Source: Planctomycetota bacterium (GTDB lineage Bacteria > Planctomycetota > UBA11346). Taken from it: a DNA stretch of 64,000 nt. The notes beneath the pieces are model-generated. The model had not been told where the DNA came from, did not search any database, and saw only the letters and a list, made by a program, of their open reading frames with translations. Both the position numbers and the translations under genes were made by a program. Numbering within the stretch: position 1 is the first letter of the stretch; the number at the start of each line of letters is the position of its first letter. The stretch lies in assembly GCA_017302815.1 (NCBI GenBank), contig JAFLCQ010000003.1, forward strand, positions 2,042 through 66,041, read 5' to 3'. This document shows, piece after piece, positions 34,136 through 41,622 of this stretch.

Positions 34136-34594
34136 ATGGCCATCACCATCCAGGCCCAACTCGCGAAGAAGGTGCCGATTCCCGGCGCCGACTACTCGTC
34201 CCAGCAGGCCTCCATTACCATCTCGGCCGAGGTAACCGACCTCACCCAGGTCGTCACCGAGGCCCAACGCATCTACGCCATCGCTGAGCAGGCGGTCGAT
34301 GCACAACTGAACCGGCAAACCGCCGCTGTCCCCCAGTCTGCTCGATCGGTCGCCGCACCACCCCAGGCACAACCGCGACAGGGCATTTCCCAGCCCCATC
34401 GGCCCAATAGTCAGCGCCGCCAGCCGGCCGCCGTGACCGATTCCCAACTCCGGTTCCTCAAGCGTCTGATCGACCAGACCAAAGTGGCAGTGCCGGCGAT
34501 CCTCGATCAGTACCAGGTCGGCAGTCTCGACCAGCTTTCATGCCGGGATGCGGCCGGGCTGATTGACGAACTGAAGGGCCAGGTGGCGGCGTGA
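34136..34594 (+). CDS. Hypothetical protein (Gln/Pro-rich linker, helical C-terminal module)
   Basis: GGAG lies 8 nt upstream of ATG 34136. 152 aa. C-terminal SQLRFLKRLIDQ...SLDQLSCRDAAGLIDELK. 4-nt overlap with the next gene. Confidence 0.5.
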   Translation: MAITIQAQLAKKVPIPGADYSSQQASITISAEVTDLTQVVTEAQRIYAIAEQAVDAQLNRQTAAVPQSARSVAAPPQAQPRQGISQPHRPNSQRRQPAAVTDSQLRFLKRLIDQTKVAVPAILDQYQVGSLDQLSCRDAAGLIDELKGQVAA

Positions 34595-35361
34595 TTGCAG
34601 CCACCGTTGTGACCCCATCTACTCCTCCTTCAGCGGCACAGCGATCACCTGATCACCTCAGCCACAGCCAGGTCCAGGAGTTCACCCTGTGTCCTCGGCG
34701 ATGGCGATTCAACAAGATCGAAAACGCGCCGCGGGAGCAGGTCGGCTCAGCCCTGGTCTTCGGAGCGGCGGTACACGACACCATCGCCGCCGTGAACGAG
34801 GCTGCGCTGCATGGAGAGCGCATCGACGCGCCAGCGCATTTCCTCACCGCCTGGAAGCGGGCGGTGGCTGACGCCAATGCACCGATCCACTTCGGCAAGG
34901 ACGATGGTGACGACCTCATCGCCAAGGGCCGGAGTCTCGTCGGCATCTACACGCCACCGCCAGGGATCATTGGCGTCGAGCAACCGTTCGAGGTCGAGTT
35001 GGCGCCGGATCTTCCAATCGTCCAAGGCCGCATCGACCTGGTGCGTGCCGAGGGCGAAACCCTAATCCTGGCTGACATCAAGACTGCCGCTGCCCGCACG
35101 CTGACCGACACCCATGCGGTCGAGGCACAGTTGGCACTTTACGATCTCGCGTATCCCGCCTCCCGGCACGAGGTCATCGTCGCTGCCAAACTCAAAAACC
35201 CCGTGATCACGGTCCAGCCGATCACGCCCTGGCCGATCGCGACGCTCGTGCGCCATTACCGGGAAGTCCATCACGGGATGGCCAGCGGTGTCCGCTACGG
35301 GGTGCGGGGTTGGCAGTGCGAGGGTTGTTCGTTCGCAAGCCGTTGCAGAAAGGAAGGATAG
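34591..35361 (+). CDS. Cas4/RecB-like PD-(D/E)xK exonuclease with 4-Cys cluster
   Basis: N-terminal Cys (EFTLCPRRW), nuclease motifs GRIDLV ... LILADIKT ... EAQLALYDLA (QxxxY), and C-terminal CEGCSFASRC (C-x2-C-x5-C). Confidence 0.7.
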   Translation: MIAATVVTPSTPPSAAQRSPDHLSHSQVQEFTLCPRRWRFNKIENAPREQVGSALVFGAAVHDTIAAVNEAALHGERIDAPAHFLTAWKRAVADANAPIHFGKDDGDDLIAKGRSLVGIYTPPPGIIGVEQPFEVELAPDLPIVQGRIDLVRAEGETLILADIKTAAARTLTDTHAVEAQLALYDLAYPASRHEVIVAAKLKNPVITVQPITPWPIATLVRHYREVHHGMASGVRYGVRGWQCEGCSFASRCRKEG

Positions 35362-35364
35362 GCC

Positions 35365-35856
35365 ATGTCAGATCGTGCCTACGCCCGCTTCACCGTTCCC
35401 ATGTCGGTCCTGGCCGACCCCGCCAAGGCCGAGGCCATTCGATCCGCCTTCGGCTTCTCCACAGCCGACTTCCAGTCCACGCTGCTGTCAGAGCCGTTGA
35501 CCCAAGAGGCCAGTGGTCACGAGAGCTTCACCGTGCGCCTCGTCGACAGGCGGCCTTGCCTCGTCTATGAGGAGGAGGACTGCAACTACGGCGGCGCCGA
35601 CATCGAGGACGCCCTTTGTGCGGCCCAGGTGCCCTTCATCCAGGTGAATGCAGCCGGTGACGAGTACGGGCCGAGTTCGACCGTCTATGACGGTGAGACA
35701 TCCGAGATTGTCCGCCTCGACCACAACCTGGAACCCATCGTCGGCATCGGCGTCGTCGACGGCCGTGCCACCGTCGATGCCCAGGAAGTCACCGACTACG
35801 AGCGCTACCTCCGCCTGCGGCGAAGTGTGCTGCTCTACCCCGCCGTAGCGGCTTGA
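35365..35856 (+). CDS. Hypothetical protein
   Basis: 163-aa ORF beginning 4 nt after the previous stop. Acidic, with no recognised motif. Confidence 0.45.
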   Translation: MSDRAYARFTVPMSVLADPAKAEAIRSAFGFSTADFQSTLLSEPLTQEASGHESFTVRLVDRRPCLVYEEEDCNYGGADIEDALCAAQVPFIQVNAAGDEYGPSSTVYDGETSEIVRLDHNLEPIVGIGVVDGRATVDAQEVTDYERYLRLRRSVLLYPAVAA

Positions 35857-35961
35857 ACCGAGTCCAGGTCTTCGGGACCTGGACCACCGTTTCTCATGCG
35901 TCAGCAACCCGCCCGTTTCCGGCCGTCATCTGCGCAACTCACCAGCAACCAGCGGAGTCTG

Positions 35962-36048
35962 ATGAAGAAATCCGATTTCTGGCTCGCCGTCTTTATCGCC
36001 GCACTCGTCGCTGCGGCGGAAGAGGCGCTGCGCAACCAGAAGAAGTAG
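35962..36048 (+). CDS. Candidate 28-aa hydrophobic micro-protein
   Basis: GGAG lies about 6 nt upstream of ATG 35962. Sequence MKKSDFWLAVFIAALVAAAEEALRNQKK, followed 10 nt later by a strong hairpin. Too short for the ORF track. Confidence 0.3.
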   Translation: MKKSDFWLAVFIAALVAAAEEALRNQKK

Positions 36049-36057
36049 CCGACATCC

Positions 36058-36083
36058 TGACCCCAGTTCTCCAACTGGGGTCA
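36058..36083. terminator. Hairpin between convergent genes (possible bidirectional terminator)
   Basis: tgaccccagtt (36058-36068) and aactggggtca (36073-36083) flank the loop ctcc. Confidence 0.5.
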
Positions 36084-36090
36084 GCCCCGA

Positions 36091-36966
36091 TCACCTGTCG
36101 TCCAAGCCCGCTACGGCCGCTCTCGGTTGGTGGGTCATCCGGCGCACATCGAAGACCAGACGTGAGCCGTCAATACGCCCGTCCGCCGATCGGAGGAGAA
36201 ACAGGTCGACGTTGCGTTGGTCGTCACTAGCATCGTCCTCATCCAACCCAAGACCGAGGACGGCGTCAGCCCCGTCGAGGTCTTCATCCTCGGCGTACCC
36301 GGCGGTGGCGACGATGGGGATGCCAAGCTCCCGGGCGATGCTCGCCAGGGATCGCACCATCGTCTGCACGGAACTCGTCGTGACTCCAAGGGTTTCCGCC
36401 CCGAGATAGTCGACGATCACCACCGTCGATCGGACCGATGCATGCTGGTGAATCAGCGTTGTCAGCTGGTCGGCGGTTGCATCCGTAGGTGCCATCAGGA
36501 CGAGCGGCCAGGACGCGATGGCTGCCTGGGCTTGATCCACGGCGGCCAGCTGCGCCGGACTGCAGGTGCCTGATTCCAAGAAGTCGTAGGGCACGCCGGT
36601 CATCGCCGTGATCAGCTTCCACGTCAGCATCGGCACCGACAGGTCCGTGCTGATGTAGAGAACCTGGACAGGGTCGGCTGGCCGGGCGACGAGATCGCGA
36701 GCCAAACCCAGCGCGAGCGAGGACTTCCCCGATCCAGGCTGGCATACGCAGACGTGCATCTGTCCGGGCTGCAGCAGCGGCACCACGTCACGCCAGCCGA
36801 TCGCCTGCACCGGGATGGGACGGTTGTGATCTGCCACGCCGCCACCGTAGCACGCCATCCCCATGCACCAGTCCCATGGCAGCAGCGCCGTTCGACGTCG
36901 CCTGCCATGGATTTCCATCACCAAACCCCGGCCATCCGGCCACTGAAAGGAGCCCCATATGTCCAA
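36091..36966 (-). CDS. DnaB C-terminal-domain-like / RecA-fold ATPase
   Basis: Walker A QPGSGKSSLALGLA, Walker B VVIVDYLGAE, and LASIARELGIPIVATAGY as in the DnaB_C LK.LAKEL.VPV.ALSQL pattern. There is no DnaB N-terminal domain. The true start may be an internal Met (36918 or 36864). It is the only minus-strand gene in this module. Confidence 0.6.
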   Translation of the reverse strand: MDIWGSFQWPDGRGLVMEIHGRRRRTALLPWDWCMGMACYGGGVADHNRPIPVQAIGWRDVVPLLQPGQMHVCVCQPGSGKSSLALGLARDLVARPADPVQVLYISTDLSVPMLTWKLITAMTGVPYDFLESGTCSPAQLAAVDQAQAAIASWPLVLMAPTDATADQLTTLIHQHASVRSTVVIVDYLGAETLGVTTSSVQTMVRSLASIARELGIPIVATAGYAEDEDLDGADAVLGLGLDEDDASDDQRNVDLFLLRSADGRIDGSRLVFDVRRMTHQPRAAVAGLDDR

Positions 36967-37165
36967 GACCCGGCGTTATCCGTGGCCCGCATCCGCTCTG
37001 TCGGACCGCGAACTGATGAACCAACTGCACCAGGCCAGCGTCGCGACGAAGACCCCGATCACTCGCCTGCTACGCATAGCGGCCGATCGCCTTGTCGCCG
37101 ACATCCGTGACCGCATGGACGATCCGGCCTCGCTGCGCGGGGTCGAACCGCGGCCGGCGGCCTGA
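36959..37165 (+). CDS. Small putative DNA-binding protein (paralogue of 38784-38972)
   Basis: 68 aa. YPWPASALSDRELMNQLHQASVATKTPITRLLRIAADRL aligns with WPWARALPASLTHEQVRDLHALSKISGRTIRRIVTTAV of the other copy. Confidence 0.45.
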   Translation: MSKTRRYPWPASALSDRELMNQLHQASVATKTPITRLLRIAADRLVADIRDRMDDPASLRGVEPRPAA

Positions 37166-37167
37166 AC

Positions 37168-37386
37168 GTGGGCCTCGCCACCACGCCGGCGATGCTGACC
37201 CAGATCGAGGAGCAGTGGAAGTCCCGCGCCCGGACGCAGGGCTACAAGCCCGGAAGCAACCGATACCGGCAGGCCGAACTCGAGTTCTTCGTCGGCGCTA
37301 TGGCCGCCATCGAAGCCGTCACCGGCAATCCCAGTCCGCCCAGATGGGTCATCGCCGGCATGCGCGGCGACCCCATCGCCGTCTGA
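37168..37386 (+). CDS. Hypothetical small protein
   Basis: 72-aa ORF with a GTG start 3 nt after the previous stop. No recognised motif. Confidence 0.35.
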   Translation: MGLATTPAMLTQIEEQWKSRARTQGYKPGSNRYRQAELEFFVGAMAAIEAVTGNPSPPRWVIAGMRGDPIAV

Positions 37387-37484
37387 TTCCATCAACCAGC
37401 AGGACATCGAGCACCGCCGTCCGGGCTCCTGCCAGGCCAGATCGCTGGCCGGCAACGTCCTGCTCCTTCTCTCTGAGCAACGAC

Positions 37485-38777
37485 ATGAACCTCACTGATT
37501 ACATCGCCAAACACCGTTCAACCGCGAGGAAGCCCACCGCTGACATCCGTTCGCGCTGGGCCTCCCGCATCGTCGCCCGCAACCTTCATCAGCAGGCTGC
37601 AGCCGGCGCGCAGGCCTACCTGCGCGACTACGGCAAGGGCATCTCCACCGCCAAGGTCATCGCCCTCGCCATCCAGGCCGAGGTCGAGGGCTGTGACGAC
37701 ATGGCCCGTGGTTTCTGGGCCAAGGCGTTCGAGTTGGAGACGGGCATCTCGGCTCCAGCCACGGCGAGCAGTGATGTCACCTCCAGGTCCAACAAGGAGG
37801 CAGCGTCAGCGCCCCTGGCTGTGGCGTTTCCGGGCCTACCCGCCCATCTCCAGCCCGGCCGCATCATCACCATGCAACCAGTCGACGCTGCCGGTACCCA
37901 CGACGACTACATCCACAACCCGATCTACTGCGGCCAACCCAAACGAGATGGCAGCCGGATCGTGGTGATCGCCTCATCCCAGCCCGTCGTCTACCAGAGC
38001 CGCTCGACCAGCATCCTGGCTTCACCGAGCATGTCCTTCGACGGTGCCTTCCGTCGCGCCGCCGAGGCCAAGGGGCCGTTCGTCCTCGACGGTGAACTGG
38101 TCTACCTCGACGCCAGCGGCGGCGAGCACCGTACCGGCAGCCAGGCGGCCCAGGCCAACGCAACCAACGATCACCCCGATGCCCGGGTGCGCTGCCGGAT
38201 CTGCGTCTTCAGGGCGCTGTTCGCCAACGGCCGCGACCTGACGAGCGCCGATGAGGAGGCCCGCATCCGCGGCGCCGAGATCATCGTCGGCATCGCCCAA
38301 GGCATCCTGATCAAGGCCGGCGTCGAGGACTACGACATCGAGCAGGTGCCCACGGCCTGGACGAAGGCCCAGAAGCACGCCCTGGTTTGCCGCCAGCAGG
38401 ATGAGGGCCGCGAAGGCGAGGTGTGGATTCAGCGGCAGACCCGCTACCTCGGCGGTAAGCATGGCGAGATCATGGTACGGACGAAGTACCTCGCCGAGAC
38501 CGAGGTCGTCATCACGGCCCTGACCCCGACCACGGTCGCTGGCCGTCCCTTCGGTGCCATGGAGGTCGCCGAGGCGAAGCCCGATGGGGCTGGTCGGCCG
38601 CTGGGCCGCGTCGGCACCGGCTTCAGCGCGGAGGACGCCTCCGAGATCGCCATGCTCGTCGCCCGGCATCCCGAAGGCCTCCGCATCCTGGTCCGTCACC
38701 AGGGCCGCACCGAGACCGGTATGCTGTGGCATGCCCGGTTCCTCCGCATCATCGGGCCGGTCGGCATGGTCGCGTAG
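37485..38777 (+). CDS. ATP-dependent DNA ligase
   Basis: Adenylation motif I KRDGSR (K codon at 37941), motif III FVLDGELVYLD, motif V region EGEVWIQR / MVRTKY, and an OB-like C-terminal part with GRVGTGFS. Start placed at MNLTDY (37485); the track ORF begins at 37092. Confidence 0.7.
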   Translation: MNLTDYIAKHRSTARKPTADIRSRWASRIVARNLHQQAAAGAQAYLRDYGKGISTAKVIALAIQAEVEGCDDMARGFWAKAFELETGISAPATASSDVTSRSNKEAASAPLAVAFPGLPAHLQPGRIITMQPVDAAGTHDDYIHNPIYCGQPKRDGSRIVVIASSQPVVYQSRSTSILASPSMSFDGAFRRAAEAKGPFVLDGELVYLDASGGEHRTGSQAAQANATNDHPDARVRCRICVFRALFANGRDLTSADEEARIRGAEIIVGIAQGILIKAGVEDYDIEQVPTAWTKAQKHALVCRQQDEGREGEVWIQRQTRYLGGKHGEIMVRTKYLAETEVVITALTPTTVAGRPFGAMEVAEAKPDGAGRPLGRVGTGFSAEDASEIAMLVARHPEGLRILVRHQGRTETGMLWHARFLRIIGPVGMVA

Positions 38778-38783
38778 GCGGCC

Positions 38784-38972
38784 ATGCAGATCGACCGCCC
38801 TCGCACTGCCTGGCCGTGGGCTCGCGCCCTGCCAGCGTCCCTGACGCATGAGCAGGTGCGGGACCTCCACGCCTTGTCGAAAATCAGCGGCCGGACCATC
38901 CGCCGCATTGTCACCACCGCCGTCACCGCCGCCCTGGACGAGGCCCGCGAGGCCGAATCCAACCCGGCCTGA
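38784..38972 (+). CDS. Small putative DNA-binding protein (paralogue of 36959-37165)
   Basis: 62 aa sharing the W-P-W...A-L...L-H...I-(T/R)-R pattern with the 36959 gene. Confidence 0.45.
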   Translation: MQIDRPRTAWPWARALPASLTHEQVRDLHALSKISGRTIRRIVTTAVTAALDEAREAESNPA

Positions 38973-38989
38973 ACCATCGAGATCGCTCC

Positions 38990-39703
38990 ATGAACACCGT
39001 CTTCCATATTCCCCGCATCACAGCCGATCGCCTCGCACGCCTGCCCTTGGCCTGTGCCGACGAATCCGGTCCTCTCGGCCACATCGGCGTCCGCGTCACG
39101 CCGACCGCCGTGCGCTTCGCTGCCACCAACGGCCGCATCCTCGCCAGCCTCGTCGTGCCCATCGACGTCCTCACCGGCGATGCCGGCGACGTCATTTTCG
39201 ACGCGGCTCAGTTCGCCACCGCCCTCAAGGCTGCGGCAAAGGCGACTGGCGGGCGCATCCAGATCGAGATCGGGCCGAAGGAGGCCCGGCTGACCAACGG
39301 CACGGCATCGGCCATCGTCCGCCGCGTCGACGGCACCTTCCCGCGCGTCGAGCACGTCTGGTCGCGCACCGCCGGGCGCCAGTGGGTGCCGACGATCAGC
39401 AGTCTCGATCCCGTGCTGTTAGCCACCGCCCAGAAGATCAGCGGGCACAAGAATCCGCTGCTGTTCTCATCCCCCGTCGATCCCGCCGCCCGGCTGGATC
39501 GCCTCTGGGCCGTGCCGGGCGCCACCGCCGGCGAGAGCCTCGACCTCGCCCAGGCCCGGCAGGCCGTGATCGCCCCGGCGTACTGGGCCGACCACGAACT
39601 CGCCATCCTGGTCATGCCCGTCACCAGGACCGCTGAGCAGCGCCAACTCGATCTCCAGGTCCACGCCGTGAGCCTGCCAGAGTCGGCCGCCGTCGCGGCC
39701 TGA
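38990..39703 (+). CDS. Shortened DNA polymerase III beta-clamp (DnaN)-like protein
   Basis: VRFAATNGRILA resembles DnaN LRTVATDGHRLA. VDGTFPRVEHVW resembles VDGRFPDYRRVLP. C-terminal AILVMPVTR resembles YVVMPMRL. It is 237 aa versus about 366 for canonical beta, so roughly one domain is missing. Confidence 0.55.
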   Translation: MNTVFHIPRITADRLARLPLACADESGPLGHIGVRVTPTAVRFAATNGRILASLVVPIDVLTGDAGDVIFDAAQFATALKAAAKATGGRIQIEIGPKEARLTNGTASAIVRRVDGTFPRVEHVWSRTAGRQWVPTISSLDPVLLATAQKISGHKNPLLFSSPVDPAARLDRLWAVPGATAGESLDLAQARQAVIAPAYWADHELAILVMPVTRTAEQRQLDLQVHAVSLPESAAVAA

Positions 39704-39766
39704 CCGCCACCCCGCCATCACCCCCATGCACCCAGGCCGCCACCGCTGCCTGGGCAGGAGTCGTCC

Positions 39767-40915
39767 ATGGACCTGTTCTCCGACATCCTCCCCCCACTGC
39801 CGGCGCCGGTGCCCATCAGCACCGTCGTCGATGCCGTGGCCCCGACCCTCGTCCGCACCCCCAGCCTTCACCCCGAGAGCCCGAAGCCCAGCCGCGCCCC
39901 GCATACCGCCAGGCTCGGCCTGCCGCCGCCGCGCCAGAACCCCTGGCAGCGCATCGGCAGGGCGCTCTCCCCGGCCGCAGCCACTGATCCCGCCGTCGCC
40001 ATCCGCGAGGCGGGGCTCGACTGGACTGTTAGCCGCGTCGATCTGCGCACCGCAGACAGCCTCGACCCGGTGCCGGACTTCGCCGCGATACGGAAATCCA
40101 ATGACGGCCGCATTCTCGGCGTCGTCGGCCCCGACTACGAGCCGTTCCAGAACGCCGGCATGTTTCAAGTCTTCACCGATCTCGCCCAGGTCAGCCGCGA
40201 CGATGGAGGCATGCCCTTCACCATCGAGACGGCCGGGGCATTCAATGGAGGGAAGGTCGTCTGGGCGCTCGCGCACCTCCCCGAACTTGGGATCAGGATC
40301 AGCGAAGACGTGTCGAATACCTACCTTCTGGTCAGCAATGGCCACACCGGCAATAAGACGTTAGTCATTTGCCCTACGACGATTAGAGTAATCTGCCGCA
40401 ATACCCTGGCGATGGCGGAGGCGCAGGCCCGTCACAACCGCAGCAAGCCCGGCCTCGCCGGCGGCTTCACGATCAAGCACTTGCCCAGCATCCACGAGAG
40501 CGTCAACCAGGCGAAGAATGCCTTCGCCACCGTGATCCGAGACCACGCCGTCACCAAGGCCGCCTGGAACCGGCTCGCCGATGTACCGCTGAACCGGAAG
40601 CTGGAGCACGAGTTCATGGCCCAGGTCTTCGGTCGCCCCGGCCCTGACGAATCCGATCGCGCTCGTGCGCTACGAAAGTCCCGCGAAGAACGCATCGCTG
40701 CGATCCTCGCGTCGCCGACCTCGCAGGTGAAAGGGACAAAGGACAGCCTGCTGTCGGCCCTCTTCGCCTGCACAGAATGGGCTGACCATGACCGCATGAC
40801 CCGGACTACTGATGGCGGCAATGCGGACGAGGCGCGCCTCTTCAGCGCTGCTTTTGGCAGCGCTGCTGCGTTGAAGGAGCGGGCATGGACGGCCGCGCTG
40901 GATCTGGCAGCATAA
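39767..40915 (+). CDS. DUF932-family (phage/plasmid-like) protein
   Basis: AGLDWTVSRVDL ... AAIRKSNDGRILGVVGPDYEPFQNAGMFQVF matches the DUF932 signature common in integrative elements. A Pro-rich N-terminal extension precedes it. Confidence 0.65.
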   Translation: MDLFSDILPPLPAPVPISTVVDAVAPTLVRTPSLHPESPKPSRAPHTARLGLPPPRQNPWQRIGRALSPAAATDPAVAIREAGLDWTVSRVDLRTADSLDPVPDFAAIRKSNDGRILGVVGPDYEPFQNAGMFQVFTDLAQVSRDDGGMPFTIETAGAFNGGKVVWALAHLPELGIRISEDVSNTYLLVSNGHTGNKTLVICPTTIRVICRNTLAMAEAQARHNRSKPGLAGGFTIKHLPSIHESVNQAKNAFATVIRDHAVTKAAWNRLADVPLNRKLEHEFMAQVFGRPGPDESDRARALRKSREERIAAILASPTSQVKGTKDSLLSALFACTEWADHDRMTRTTDGGNADEARLFSAAFGSAAALKERAWTAALDLAA

Positions 40916-41355
40916 ACCATCTGCTGCCATCTGCCGCCTTGTGAGGCCATGGCCATCGGGTATCATGTGCCCAGTTCCGTGGTGATCGGCACCCGGGGCA
41001 GTGGAACTGGATCTGGCTCGTCACGACGGGCCTTTTGCCGGCAGCCAATGCCAACGACCGATCGGTTCGACGACGAGCGACCACGCGAACCACGTGTCGA
41101 GAACCTCGGCGCCGCTCCCTTCGAGGATCGGCTTCCGGGCGTAGGTCGACGATCCCGACTAGCCTCCTTCGGCGCCCGCCGGTGGAACGTCTCGCTGCTC
41201 ACCATGCGTGGGCACGGTGCACGCAGCCGCCGTTCATCGCCACAGTCCCGATCGACCTACCCATGTCGCAGGACTCCACGTCCCCCCGCCACCGTCGTGC
41301 TGCCGCCCATCAGCCGCAGCCGACCCATGGCGACTCCTCCATCCCTTCACCCAAC

Positions 41356-41622
41356 ATGCCCCACTCCACGACCATGGTCGCGGGGCTGCGCCGTCTTCTC
41401 AGCACCGAGGAGGCGAGCATCTACCTCGACTGTCATGTGCGGACCATTCCCCGCCTCATGGAAAGGGAGGTGAATCCGCTCAAGGCATACCGTATTGGCC
41501 GCATCCTGAAGTTCCGCCAGGAAGATCTCGATGCCATACTTGAGCCGGTGAACACCGACTCGGCCGCGTCGACCTCCCTGGAGGACTTCGTCGACCAGCA
41601 GTTCCAGACGGGGGCGCCGTGA
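41356..41622 (+). CDS. Excisionase-family HTH DNA-binding protein
   Basis: LLSTEEASIYLDCHVRTIPRLMEREVNPLKAYRIGRILKFRQEDLDAIL fits the excisionase/HTH_17 pattern. 4-nt overlap with the integrase gene. An alternative start lies at 41374. Confidence 0.65.
   Translation: MPHSTTMVAGLRRLLSTEEASIYLDCHVRTIPRLMEREVNPLKAYRIGRILKFRQEDLDAILEPVNTDSAASTSLEDFVDQQFQTGAP

Noticed and set aside
40916-41355. 440-bp gap between the DUF932 gene and the excisionase gene; ORFs 40949-41473 (plus strand) and 40963-41205 (minus strand)
   Set aside because: Both ORF translations are Arg/Pro/Ser-rich with no motifs. I saw no clear repeats or hairpins to support an oriT/attP-type site. Left unannotated.
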